Shown here in pieces: positions 8,190 to 20,300 of a DNA stretch of 64,000 bases. Under the pieces are notes generated by a model. The model saw only the letters and a program-made list of their open reading frames with translations, ran no database searches and was not told the DNA's origin. Source of the DNA: an uncultured virus (IMG/VR IMGVR_UViG_3300027020_000013) (taxonomy: Duplodnaviria > Heunggongvirae > Uroviricota > Caudoviricetes); the IMG/VR virus record IMGVR_UViG_3300027020_000013; one strand, 5' to 3'. The translations under genes were made by a program, and so were the position numbers. The first letter of the stretch is position 1; each line of letters opens with the position of its first letter.

Positions 8190-11100
8190 TTGCGGTTCCT
8201 CTGTAGACACCTACCAGGTGCTTGGACAATTCAGCAAGAAGAATAGTTGTGGTTCCGATCAGTTTAGGACTCAGTACCATCCGCTCTTCTACGGATGTGT
8301 TACCGAAGATCAAGTCGATATCCAAACCAGATTTAGTTTGGTTAGTACCGCGCATGACTCGGGAGAATACAGTCTTCATCTGGTTAGCAACTACACCTTT
8401 GTCACCAACACCACAAGGGATATCGTGATCGATGTAAACGTTGATAATCAGAGACTGTGGTTCAAGACCATTACCGCGTACACGGTATTCATGATCGACT
8501 TCACCACTGAAGAACTGTTGTCCACGAGACTTAGCTTCAGCCTCACGAACCTTATCCGATTCATAAGCGATCTTACGTAGCGAATCCGACATCTCATCAC
8601 GATCACCGTGATAGAAGACTTCGATCTTAGACACTACGCCAACGACCTTCGCACGAGGGGAATAGTTAGACAGCTTCGCGAGAGTTTCACGCGATACTTC
8701 GTCAAACACTGAGCCACCACCCGAGTCGGGGTCTTTAATCGTACATAGAATTGAATCCAAGTCCACGTGATCGCCGACTTTAACCATGTTTTCGATGGCT
8801 TGCTCGAACTTAACCCCGATCGATTTGATCTTGGTAGTCTGAGTGTTCATTTTAATAGCACAGCGTTCGGAAATAACTGATCCGTCTTCTAGGGTATCCA
8901 AGTTGTCACTGAAAGCAACAACAGTATTGATGCCAGCTTTCCAAATTACCTGACCAGGAGTCATGCGATCTGGTGTGAAGTACTTCTCGTTGTACGCCAG
9001 GGTTTGCCCACGTTTGAAAGTCTCACCAACCTTCAGGTCGGAGATGATGGAGTGTGGGTAGTGGGTACCTGCAGCTGATCCGTGGATCTTGCCCATTTGG
9101 TACGACGTAGTTTCACCATTAGCGTACTCGACAGTAATCCCATACTCATCAACGGCAATGACCTTACCGTCGTCTTCCGCCGCAGAAGCAAAGATTGAGC
9201 TAGTCCGCTGAGCAACAATTTGCTCGTAGCCTGTACGTAGTGGAGTGGGTTCATATCCATCAGCATAAATCCCTTGTTGTTGCTGAATCGAGATAAAGTT
9301 AATACGCTTGGTGTCGTCGTTAGTCGTAGCCACACCCAACAGTGCACATGTCGACAGTTGTCGAGCAGGACCATCTTTGGTAGGATCGAATGGACGAGTA
9401 GTGCCACGCATCGAATCGAAGTTAGCATCTGGAGTCAAGTAAGCAATTACACCTACGTCACCGGAGTCAACGGTAGATTCCGATACCACACCAACGTCAG
9501 CCTGACCATACACCCGCGTACGTGCAACCATCGAGGTAGTAGAACGACCACCATCACCACGATAAGTCATGGACTCTTGTTCACGGATGTTAGCCAGTGG
9601 GTTAGAGTCTTCCACAACCATCACGGTAGGATCTTGAGCGATCTTCTTCCATACAACCGATGGGTCCATCTGTACTTGAACAGCAGCAGAACCAGTAGCA
9701 TTGTTGAAACGCTTAACGGCTTTGTTCAGTTCGTTGTATACAGCCCCTGCCATACGCTCATAGCCACGATAGCGCATGAAAGCACCATCTACCTCGGAAG
9801 GCGACCAATCGATCAGCAGCATGTCTACAGCTCGATACAGCAAGCCATCAAACGTAGTAGGTTCACCCATCTGTTTCAGGAGACCTTCAGTAATCGGGTC
9901 AACCCATGCAGAGAACAATGCATCGATCTCTTTGGTGAAGCGAGCAGTCATACCCGTTTCCAGCAACAGACGTTGATACACGTCAGGCTTGTCAAAGTCA
10001 TAGATCGAGAAGTTAGGCATCAGCTTAGCATACTTACGCATGCCCCCGAGTACGAGCTGTGTGCGATAGTCACTACGATCGAATACCAACACTTCGTCTT
10101 GGAAAGCCAATACGTAGTTGTCAGCAGTCAACGGGATACGCTCACCACGATGGTGTCGTGTGAACTTAGCGTTCAGTCGTTTCAGTGTTGCAGTCAGACC
10201 GTACTTGTAACCCAACACAAATGCCAACGGCAGTTCTTTCGAACCAACGTTCATGAAGGCAGCTTCGAGTGGAGCCTTAGACTGATCCAAGCCGAGCAGT
10301 TCTACAATCGAACCGAGTGGCTCAAGATTGTCATTGTCCTTAACATAGAACTGACCAACCTTGTCTACCAATACCGGCAGCTTGTCATTGTGAACACCTA
10401 CAAGCGTAAGCTTATTGGTTTCGTGTTTAGTTGCATCGATCTTGTACTTGGTTTGGAAGTATTCAACATGATCGTCGAACTTGAAGTATAGGAACAATGG
10501 ACCCGAAGTGAAACCACGGAATGCAGAACCGAGCTGAGTATAAACTCGTGGCAGTGCATAAGCCGATTGGTCAAGCTCTGCGTAGAGTACACCAGTAACC
10601 CGATCGTCTTCTGGATCCAGAGCACGTTCACGGATTTGACGAGTGATCCAAGCATCGTAGTTGTGTGCAGCCAAATGTGAACGCGTTACAAACGTTTTGT
10701 TGTAATACGACGTCATTGCTACGGCATCAGGCTTCACCTTACGGATAGGCAAGTCAGCACGTTGCATACGCATCCGGTAAGTAACACCGTTCGACATATA
10801 CCGACCATCACGATCGACAACTGGGATACGGAAGTACACAGTACCAGGTTTACCACGAATAGGCTTCAGGGTAACTTTGTGGATCTCGTAGTGGTTCATT
10901 GCGTTACGCACTTCTTCCACTTCGTAGTTCGTTACCGCTGTACCTTGCTTCTGTACCGACAACACCGCTTGCATCAAGTCTTTGTTCCGCAGTGTAGACT
11001 GATACTTGCGTTGCATTGCTTTCAGCTTAGAACCCAACATCGACTTATCGAGAATGGTATCCGAGTCAGCCAGTTGAGTATCGGCAGGCAACACGTAGTC

Positions 11101-12654
11101 TTCTTGCTTATACTCCATGGCTTCTTCCATAGACAACCCAGTACCGAATGGATCTTTGATTGTCTTGAACGACTGCGCATCTTGTACAGCTTGTTCGAAC
11201 GTACGTGGAGCAATGATACCGAGCTTGTACAAATCGTAAGCAGGTTGAGCAACCCCAGCAACTAGCGGGACTGCTTCAGCCACTTCTGGAGGGATGGCAT
11301 CCACGCGTTGAGTTTCGACCTTAAGCTCCCGTGGCCGATTAACCAGTTCAGGATCACTTTCAATCTGGAGCTTCGTTGTGAAGAGCTCTGCATCCGGCGG
11401 GTTATAAGTTGCTCCATCTTCGGAGAAATCGAGACTAGGGATACTAAAGGCTGGGAGGTCGAGCGAGTCTTCGGATTGTGCACTGTCGACCGAACCATTC
11501 TCGGTCTCATCACCACTGTCGTTGTACTCGGCTTCGTCTTCTTCCTCGACATCTTTCTTTTCCTCTTTATCCTCGTCTACAACGTCAACCAGATTCGAGT
11601 GATCGATAACGTTAGACAGAGCTTCAGCCTGATGACTGTACTCAGTCAATGCAGTCAACAGAGACAACACACGGCGTTGCATTACTGCTGGAGGGAAGAA
11701 TGCTTCCATACCCAGCGTATTAATGAACGACTCCAAAGCCACTTGGTTATGCAGACCGTAATCTTGCATGACTTGTTGGATGTGGTTAAAGGCGAACTCT
11801 TCACCAGCACAAACACTTTCCTGACTTACATTGAATGCATCACGACCGAAGTCTTGCAGGAATTGTTCTACCGAGATAGCTGCGTCTTTGGAACCGTCAC
11901 GCCATTCGTCCAGAGCACCCATGTTCAGTACAACGAACCGGTCACGAGCACGGATCAAGAACCATACTTTCGAATACATCTCTGGTTGCACAACCGACAT
12001 CATCGATTGTTCACGCATTGGACCCAACCAACGATACAGGTCCCAGATAGAGAACTGTTGTGGTGTGGTAAAGATGTCCAGCATGGTTTGGTTCTGGTTA
12101 TCCGCCATGCGTTTGAACGAAGCCAGATCTGGCATGTTCTCAGGCAGGTGGATTTCTACGAACTGTTCCCAACCAAAGCGACGATGCGAAGCCGCTACGT
12201 TTTGCCAGAACGTACGCTGGTTGTTACACCAACGCATGTACTGTGCTTTGAAGTTAGGCTGGTAGATCCACTGTGGGTCCAACAGGTTATAGTTGAACAC
12301 CATGATGTTGAGAGGGTTGATAGCCAACGCCTCATCTTTAGTCAGTGGTTTGAAGAATGCATGATGCTGACGGAACTCAGCTTGTAGCTTGTTACCAGTC
12401 AGCGCAGACTTACGTGGGTTGCCCTCCAAGGACACGAGGTTGAGTACATGTTCGATGTACACTTTACCTGTGGCCTTGTTGAACATCGGATCGGACTGCG
12501 ACGGTCCGCGGACCGCCGAGTTAGGATCAGAGAAGTGAACGATCGATCTCTGTGGGAGATGGAACTTGTTCAGCAGATGCAGCTTGGGTTGTTGAAGTTT
12601 ACCTTGTTCGAAAACAGTATACTGCTTCCGAAATTGTTCGATCTGTAAGCGCAT
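8173..12654 (-). CDS. virion RNA polymerase beta subunit (phiKZ gp178-like)
   Basis: 1493 aa; beta motifs ESTVDSGDVG, QQQQ, EDGSVISE, GDKGVVANQMK. Confidence 0.93.
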   Translation of the reverse strand: MRLQIEQFRKQYTVFEQGKLQQPKLHLLNKFHLPQRSIVHFSDPNSAVRGPSQSDPMFNKATGKVYIEHVLNLVSLEGNPRKSALTGNKLQAEFRQHHAFFKPLTKDEALAINPLNIMVFNYNLLDPQWIYQPNFKAQYMRWCNNQRTFWQNVAASHRRFGWEQFVEIHLPENMPDLASFKRMADNQNQTMLDIFTTPQQFSIWDLYRWLGPMREQSMMSVVQPEMYSKVWFLIRARDRFVVLNMGALDEWRDGSKDAAISVEQFLQDFGRDAFNVSQESVCAGEEFAFNHIQQVMQDYGLHNQVALESFINTLGMEAFFPPAVMQRRVLSLLTALTEYSHQAEALSNVIDHSNLVDVVDEDKEEKKDVEEEDEAEYNDSGDETENGSVDSAQSEDSLDLPAFSIPSLDFSEDGATYNPPDAELFTTKLQIESDPELVNRPRELKVETQRVDAIPPEVAEAVPLVAGVAQPAYDLYKLGIIAPRTFEQAVQDAQSFKTIKDPFGTGLSMEEAMEYKQEDYVLPADTQLADSDTILDKSMLGSKLKAMQRKYQSTLRNKDLMQAVLSVQKQGTAVTNYEVEEVRNAMNHYEIHKVTLKPIRGKPGTVYFRIPVVDRDGRYMSNGVTYRMRMQRADLPIRKVKPDAVAMTSYYNKTFVTRSHLAAHNYDAWITRQIRERALDPEDDRVTGVLYAELDQSAYALPRVYTQLGSAFRGFTSGPLFLYFKFDDHVEYFQTKYKIDATKHETNKLTLVGVHNDKLPVLVDKVGQFYVKDNDNLEPLGSIVELLGLDQSKAPLEAAFMNVGSKELPLAFVLGYKYGLTATLKRLNAKFTRHHRGERIPLTADNYVLAFQDEVLVFDRSDYRTQLVLGGMRKYAKLMPNFSIYDFDKPDVYQRLLLETGMTARFTKEIDALFSAWVDPITEGLLKQMGEPTTFDGLLYRAVDMLLIDWSPSEVDGAFMRYRGYERMAGAVYNELNKAVKRFNNATGSAAVQVQMDPSVVWKKIAQDPTVMVVEDSNPLANIREQESMTYRGDGGRSTTSMVARTRVYGQADVGVVSESTVDSGDVGVIAYLTPDANFDSMRGTTRPFDPTKDGPARQLSTCALLGVATTNDDTKRINFISIQQQQGIYADGYEPTPLRTGYEQIVAQRTSSIFASAAEDDGKVIAVDEYGITVEYANGETTSYQMGKIHGSAAGTHYPHSIISDLKVGETFKRGQTLAYNEKYFTPDRMTPGQVIWKAGINTVVAFSDNLDTLEDGSVISERCAIKMNTQTTKIKSIGVKFEQAIENMVKVGDHVDLDSILCTIKDPDSGGGSVFDEVSRETLAKLSNYSPRAKVVGVVSKIEVFYHGDRDEMSDSLRKIAYESDKVREAEAKSRGQQFFSGEVDHEYRVRGNGLEPQSLIINVYIDHDIPCGVGDKGVVANQMKTVFSRVMRGTNQTKSGLDIDLIFGNTSVEERMVLSPKLIGTTTILLAELSKHLVGVYRGTANAKSK

Positions 12655-12657
12655 TGA

Positions 12658-14310
12658 TTAAGTCCTTGGTTTTGGATCGCCAGTCATATACCGGAGTACG
12701 AGGTTCACAGTGTGGATAGTAGAACTGAATGCCAGTCCGCCAGTAGCATCGATATATGCAATACGGGAGCGGAAGAACTTATCCATTTCCTCAAGCGATT
12801 CTTTCGAGTAAACGATGTTAACCGATACGGTGTCACCGTCGAAGTCAGCGCCGAGTGGCGAAAGGATAGTTGGCGATACCGAAGTAGAGTCGTGCCATTG
12901 GGCTGTCTTACCTACTTCCAGCATTGGGTATTCCAACGCTACAGGTCCATGTGGATCTCGTTTGAAATCTGGACCGAGTGGGTAACGCAGTTCACCAGTA
13001 ACTGTGGTCTTGACGTAGATAGAGACTGGAATAGAACTGTTGTAGTTCTCTACGGGGTAACGAGTTACGAATCCACGCAGTTTATACCACATATCTAAAC
13101 CGCTGAGGTATACGAGTTCTGAGTACGTGATTGGTCGAGCCCACTTCTGGTCAAAGCCTGGTGGGATCTCATTGATGTCACGGATGATCCGATAGTTCTT
13201 TTTGTCATCGAGATAGACGAGTGCCAGATAATGTCCAGCGATCTCTACGGCGCGTGAACGCTTGTCGATAACCTCGAGTTCGTTCATTACACGTTCCAAG
13301 CCTTGTGGCGTAGACCATGTGTCCATATCGTCAACCGACACGTCTACCCATTCTTTAACCAACGTCTTCTTGTTAACCAGTTCAACCCGGTTAGACATGG
13401 TTTCAAAGATCTCGCCCACGACAGAGTTCCGTAGACCGTAGATAGTCTTAGGAGCTGCACCACGGCTAGCTTGGTGAATACCAATCACACAGTCTTTAAA
13501 CTTAGGACGGTTAGGTTCACCCAAGTCAGCTGCGTTAGTATCCATCGAAGAAATAACGTTACGTGTGCCGTTGAATACTCGACGGGATGCCCACTTCGAT
13601 TGTACGTAACCAGACTTACCCGAGATTAGTTTCTCGTAGTGGTCGTAGATTTCCTGTACACGAAGTTGCATAGCGACGCGACGCTTGTCATACATCGAAA
13701 GGTCGGCATTAGGACCAAAATGTTCGGGGATACCTGTAGACTGCTGGAGCAAGACGCGGTATACATCGTTGATTTCGTCATATTCAATTCGACCATCAGG
13801 GTTAGGTTCTGCTTCACGATAAGCGGCTGGGATTACCAGCATTGCACTTAGTTCAGAGCGATCACGGTTTTCATTTACAAGCTTCAGTCGAACACGACGA
13901 ATGTCCGAATCAGTTTCTTTGAACTCAACGCGCTTCCAATTGTCAAAGAAAAAGGTATAGCCTGTTTGGCCATCGAGTTCTGACGCTTTAACGAAGTCTT
14001 TTGTTTCTTCGTCATACACGGCATATTGACGACCGAGGATGATGTCCTCATAGAAGCCTTTCAACTTCAGGATGTTACGGTAAACCAAGGGATGGATTAC
14101 AGGAAGACCCAACTTGATGTAACCGAAGTTACTTTCACGTTCTTGGCTACCCACCCGTCCAAAAATAGAAACGGAGAACAAACCTTCTTCATGGAAGTTG
14201 CCACCATTGCCTACGAAGATTTCATGAGACTTAACGCGACCGATACGACCGAGTAAATCTCTGTCGGGTACGAGTAGTGAGATATTGAAAGGTAATAGGG
14301 CCTTTTTCAT
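12658..14310 (-). CDS. virion RNA polymerase beta' subunit with catalytic motif (phiKZ gp180-like)
   Basis: ADFDGD catalytic motif, EGLFSVSIFG and GYIKL; start moved to MKKALLP (AAGGA SD). Confidence 0.95.
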   Translation of the reverse strand: MKKALLPFNISLLVPDRDLLGRIGRVKSHEIFVGNGGNFHEEGLFSVSIFGRVGSQERESNFGYIKLGLPVIHPLVYRNILKLKGFYEDIILGRQYAVYDEETKDFVKASELDGQTGYTFFFDNWKRVEFKETDSDIRRVRLKLVNENRDRSELSAMLVIPAAYREAEPNPDGRIEYDEINDVYRVLLQQSTGIPEHFGPNADLSMYDKRRVAMQLRVQEIYDHYEKLISGKSGYVQSKWASRRVFNGTRNVISSMDTNAADLGEPNRPKFKDCVIGIHQASRGAAPKTIYGLRNSVVGEIFETMSNRVELVNKKTLVKEWVDVSVDDMDTWSTPQGLERVMNELEVIDKRSRAVEIAGHYLALVYLDDKKNYRIIRDINEIPPGFDQKWARPITYSELVYLSGLDMWYKLRGFVTRYPVENYNSSIPVSIYVKTTVTGELRYPLGPDFKRDPHGPVALEYPMLEVGKTAQWHDSTSVSPTILSPLGADFDGDTVSVNIVYSKESLEEMDKFFRSRIAYIDATGGLAFSSTIHTVNLVLRYMTGDPKPRT

Positions 14311-14363
14311 CTTTGGGGTCCTTTTGGGGTTAACGATATGAAGTTCATGTCTGGAGTACAACC

Positions 14364-17300
14364 ATGGCAAGCAATAAAACAAAATTGGCGGATGCCGGTA
14401 ATAAGTCAGCATTTGATTTTGATGATGACTTTGATAGCTTCTTTGATGATGACATTGGCGGGAAAAAGAAATCTCCTGTCCAAGAGTTCATGGCTGGATT
14501 CAAAGACGGCATCCTGGATAAAGGCAAAAATAAAAGTCTTCTGAAGTCGTTTCTAACTAACGGCGTCCCTAAGGGTTATGACCGCTTGTTCGGCGCTTAT
14601 GACCAAATGAAGGATTCGGTAGTATCCGTAAAGGATCACCTGGAGAAAACAAACCCTGGTGATCTGCAATATCTTTTCAAACGTGCTGAGTCATTCCTGC
14701 CTTCCTTAAAAGGAAAGATGTCGGATAGTACGTATGATCGGATCAACACGGCTCTATCCAATAAGGCTGACCAGTACAAATACCAAATCGAAGCAAACCA
14801 AGATCAGGCTAAATTAGCCATTCGTCGTCAGCGTGCCCAAGACGAAGAAACGATCAAACAAGGTTTGGGTGATGATCTCCGTAGTGCTGTTGACCAAGGT
14901 ACAGTTGTTCAACGTAGTTTGTTCAACATGGGTCAGGAAGCCGATCAGAAGCGATGGGACCTTGATCGTATCGAACGTGGCCTAAGAGACCAGGTCGATA
15001 ACAAACACCATCAGACCGTAGCACGTGGGCTTGCACAGGCAGTCGATTCATTGACTCGCATGGCTAGTTACGCTGAACAGGTCGATTACGATTTCAAACG
15101 CAAAGGCTTAGAACTGCAGTTCCGTTCTTATCAAGCATTGCGTGACATGTCCAAGCTGGCAGAAGCACAGCTGGAGATGCAGAACAAAGCTTTCCAAGCA
15201 TTGGTCCGTAACACTGGATTACCCGATCACCTCAAGTCTTCAATGAAAGACCTGATGTCGATGAACATGCGGCAAGGCATTGCCACCGCTGGTACTTCGA
15301 TGGCTGGTCGAACGTTGTCTGGGTTCTTGGGTAACTACGGGGCTACAGCACAGGGCCGTGTGAACAGTCGTGCTTCAAGTGCACTGAGTGGTATCGTACA
15401 AGGTCTACAAACCGGTGAGTCGATGTCTGACTTCTGGGACCAACGATACATGCTGGCTGGTAACTTAGCAGCAGATGGCGTTCATGGTCTAGCACGCAAT
15501 ACAGTTGCTCCGATTCTAGGTCGTATGGCTCGCCCTGCCCTTACTCGGATGTCTAACAAACATGGTCGTGGTAAACACAACCAAGTCGGTTATGCACTGG
15601 ATAACGTTCCTGCCTTTATGCAGGAATACGTGAACAACTACCAGAACTCTTATGGTGCCAAGGGCGTGTTGCAAGACATGCTCCGTCCGTTTGTTCCGCA
15701 GTTTGGTTTGGATACCGCAACTAAGGCGAGTAACTATCAAACAATTGGCCAGCATCAAGTCTTCAACCAACTTACCCAGCGTTCGTTGACTGAGATCCTC
15801 CCAGGATTCCAAGCTCGTATCTTACGTGAACTGCGCATGTTGCGTACAGGTAATGAAAACGTAGCAATGGAAGTGTTCGATATCACCAAAGGTGTGTTCA
15901 CTACTTCTAAGGAATCGTTGGCTAACCAGAAAGACCGAATCGTATCGAAAGGTACCACTCGGATGGTATCGGGTCAGATCTCTGAAACCCTCGATACTAT
16001 CGATGCGGATAACAAGCTGTCGACTGGTGCACGTCGGGCATTGTCTGAACGACTGTTGCGTGATGCGTCTACCAACAAACGCTTTGATCCAATGCGGTAC
16101 GGCTCGAAGTACGGGTATAAAGACGGGACCTCTAAGGAAACCCTGCAAGAACTTGAAGACTTCTTCAAAGGGCAATTCGAACGCGATGAGAAAGGTAAGT
16201 TTGCAGATACTGCAGCTAACCATGAAAAGCGTAAACGAATGTCCGATTCGTTCTTGAACATCCGTAACGTATCACGTGACCCAGCACAGGAAATCCATCG
16301 ACTGATCGAAGCAGGTAAAACTGACGAACTTCGTGAACTCGGTATTGTCCAAACCATCGAAGGCCAAGACCGGATTAACTACCCGATGCTTTGGCAGATG
16401 ATGTCGTCTGACGTAAACATGCGTCATGCGGGGGCAGGTGCTAGTTATCATGATGCTTCGGGTGATACCACTTCGGCTCATTTCGTTGGTCCACAATATC
16501 CAGGTCAGTTCTCTGCTCGTGCCCAATCGGTAGCTGCTAGATTCTTAGATGGCCCTCAAGCTCAACGGGCTAAGGATGCAGCTAAGCGTGGTTTCGGTAA
16601 TGCTCGTGACTTGATGGATCAGTTTAAGTCTGACCCAATGCAGTTCATGCGGGATCAGTACGATGCTGGTTCTACTGCTGCTAAAGGACGTGTACAGAAC
16701 CTCAAGGATTCTGCTACCGCTGCAGTTGATGCAGCTAAAGGTGGTGGTCTTCCAGCGGTGATGGAGCACTTCTCTGCTCAAGAGAAACTGGACTTCGCTA
16801 AAGCTCTGCTGAACAACGTCATTGACAAAGAACCTCCTGCTATGCGGGAAGCTCGTTTGCAATTAGCACAGACGATCATCAACTCGATCGAAACGGGTAA
16901 AGAGAAAGGGCAGGCTCTGCTTGCTACAGAACAAGGACAAAAGGCAGTTGCTGCTGGTAACCAAGTTCTGGCTCTGGGCCATGACAAAATCGACCAGATC
17001 AAGAAGTCTGAAGCAATGGGTGTGTTGGATCTGAAGCTGGAAGCAGCTAATGATGCAGTCATCAAAGCACAAGACATTGTTCAGGGTAAGTTGGTTGACG
17101 TCAACACTGGTAAGGTAATCCAAAAGGTTACTGACATTACTGGTGAAGTTCGTAACGAGATGAACCAAGTTGTAGTCTCGGCTGGTGAAGTTGCTCGCGG
17201 GTTGTATAATGACCGTGGTGAACTGGTCCATAAAGCCAAAGGCCATATGGATCGAGTACAAGCTATTATCTCCCAGCATGCTACGAAAGCTGCTGCTGTT

Positions 17301-20300
17301 GCTAAAGAGAAAGCTGACGATCTGAAAGACTGGTGCTTAGAAGGTACTGACCAAGTTATCATCAAAGCCAAGGACCTGTTAGAAGGTAACTTGATTGATG
17401 AAGAATCTGGTGAACCGATCTACTCGCTCGACGACATCAAAGGTAACATTTCTGACCGGTATGGTAACCTGGTGGCTACTGCTCAAGAACTGGGTCGTGG
17501 TCTGCGTTCGGTTGACGGTAAGAAATACGACATGCAGGACGTCAAGGCTCGCGCATCTAAACTGGCACAACAACTGTGGCGTGGTAACTCTACACAGAAC
17601 GTGTTTGCTGGTATGAAGATGGCAGGTAAGTTTGCTTGGACTCTGGCACGTAACACCTTTGCTCGAATGACGGGTGAACGTGATGCTTATCTTCCAGGTG
17701 AAGTCAAACCAGTCCTTACAGTTGAGAAACTGAAAGAAGGGTTGTACCAAGATGTTGATGGCAAAGTCATTAAGTCCTTTGGTGATATCAATGGTCCAGT
17801 GTTCGATGTAACTACTGGTGAACCATTGTTGGATAAGAAGGAACTCAAAGACCTCGTAGATACCAACGGTAAGAAGCATTCGATTGCTAAGAACCAAGGT
17901 CTGATCCGTCGTGTGGTTCGTGGCGCTGTTAAAGGCTATTGGAACATGACCAAAGCTTATTACCGTCAGCTCGGTAAAGAGTTCGGTAATGATGCCATCG
18001 CTGGCGCTAAGACTATCCTGGCTCCAATGGGTAGTTTCTCTAAACGCCAACTTGCTAACCTGTCTACTACTGATCAAGTACTCGTACAGATCCGTGATGC
18101 CATTCGTGAAACCGTACCGAAGAAAAATCGGAAGGGTAGCTGGATGGAGAAAGCGGAGAAGGACCAGGAAGAGAAGAAGTCCACAGCAGGGAAGAACGAT
18201 GAGTCTAAAGAATCCAAAGGGATGTTCGGTCGTATGACTGCAGCACTCGGTGGACTCTGGGATAAGATGCGTGGCAAGAAGAAAGGTGAACAGGAGGAGG
18301 ACGAAGAAGGCGGTGGGTTGTTAGACACAGCTCAAGACGCACTGGGTACTGCAGCAGATGCTAAAGATCTGTTGGGTGGCGGCGGTGAAGGTCGTCGTGG
18401 TAGAGGTCGACTGGGTCGCATTGGTCGTAAGATTGCTGGTTCTCGAGTAGGTAAATTTGCTGCTGCACAAGGTGGTCGTTTCATGGCGACAGCTGGTGGC
18501 CAGATGGCTGCTCGTGGGGCAATGATGGTTGGTTCTTCGTTGGCTGCTCTCGTGTCAGCTCCTGTGTTGATTGGTGCAGCTGTAGTGGGTGGTGTCGGTG
18601 TAGCTAGTTACTTTACTTACAAGTACTTCGCTGGTGTTAAAGGCGAGTTCATGTCGGTTCGTATGCTACAGTACGGTATCACGTCTACACGTCAACGTCA
18701 CAAGATCCTAGCCCTGGAACAACTGTTGGAGAAAACCGCTCTACGTGGCCAATCCCCACAGATGAACATTGGTGCTGCGGGTGGTAAAGCCATCCTGGAT
18801 ATCATGGGCTTTGATAAGAATGACGAAGCTGCTATTCATCGCTTTGCTCGTTGGATGGACTTGCGTTTCAAACCAGTGTTCTGTCAGTGGCTGAAAGGTA
18901 TTGACACTATCGGCAAGACTCAGTTGTCGTTAACCGATATCGAAGAGAAAGTCGATGATGCACTGAAAGGTACGTTGGTCAAAGAGATCACCATGGAATA
19001 CGGTGATGGTGGTCCGTTCGCTTGCCGGGATAACCCATTCGGTGATGACGAACCGCTAGACGACACTATCGAGGAAACTAAGGAACGCATTAAGGAGTTG
19101 TCTGAGAAGTACAAGATCGATCCTGAAAAGGAGAAGGCTGCACTTCCGGGTAATAAACCTAAAGCTACCGAACCTTCCGAAGAAGCCAAGGAGAACAAAG
19201 AGAAAGGCGCTGCTGTTGTAGCTGCTACAGCTTCGGCTGTTGCTACTAAGGCTGCTCAAGAGGCTAAGGCTATTGGTAAGAAGAACCAAGAGTCTCAAGA
19301 CCAGGCAGCTAAAACCGTACAGCAGAAAGTTCAGAACATGGCTAAGGTTGCTGGTGTTGCAGTAAGTGCTTCGGCAGTTGCTAACGGTATCATGCCTAAA
19401 CCAATTGCTGCTCAAGAACTGGCTGCTCTCGATGCTATCCGTGCTCGTGCCTACGGTATGGAAGTACTGAACAAGAACCAAATGGAATCGTTGATCGCGA
19501 TGGAAACTCGTCTGGACCTTCAGTCTAAGACAGACCAATCCGGCATCGTGAAGTTTAATGGCGACATGGAGAAATTCATTGTTGCTGCTGGTCCACTGTT
19601 TGGTATGAACACAGCCGACCATGGTACTGACCGTGTTAAGTTTGTGAACTGGTTGACAGATCGTTTCATTCCTGTTGCTGAAATGTTCCTGACAATGGCT
19701 CGTTCTACGTATCGTGGTAAACCGGAGATGGCTTCTACTCAGATGAAACTGGGTGACCAAGTCCGTGTTGCTAAAGGCGTCATGGGTTCTACCAATACCA
19801 ATGGACAATCTGTTTGGTCTACTCCTTCAATCTTCCCTATCAAGGGTGATCTGAAAGGCTTGAAGCAGATGGCTGATTGGGACGTGATGTATCTCGAGAA
19901 ACAAGCTGCTGCTGTGTTGTCCTCACCGACTCTGTCGGCAGGTGCACAAGCTGCTGGTGCTACCAATGCTGAATCCGGTAAGTCGTTCTTTGATGGCGTA
20001 GTGGATAAAGTGTCGGGTGCATTCAACGCGGTTACTAATGCCGTTAGTGGTGCAGCTGACCGTGTGGGTAGTGCTCTGAGTAGCGCTGCATCGACTGTAG
20101 GTGGCGCAGTTCAATCGGCAGGTAGTGCGGTTGCTGCTGGCGCTGTATCGGCCTATGGGGCTGCATACGAGGCTGTAACCGGCAAGTCCTATGGTTACGT
20201 GTCTGAAGGTAATGGCGGTTCATGGGAACAAGTTCCGATGCCTACATCGAAAGATGCTAAAGGTTCTCGGAAGACCATGGAAGTTGTTTCCCAGATGGTC

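Noticed and set aside
6641..8206. 521-aa + strand ORF (also 9274..10491, 11308..12387, 49815..50687, 61520..62539, 63010..63978)
   Set aside because: Antisense shadows of well-supported genes, explained by codon bias; no SD or recognisable motifs.
12655..12657. Homing endonuclease/intron between or within vRNAP genes (phiKZ has a gene between gp178 and gp180)
   Set aside because: Only 3 nt separate the genes; both frames are uninterrupted and no intein signature was recognised.
14311..14412. Apparent head-to-head overlap of beta' and gp181-like genes
   Set aside because: The true beta' start is probably ATG 14310 with an SD, leaving a 53-nt divergent gap.
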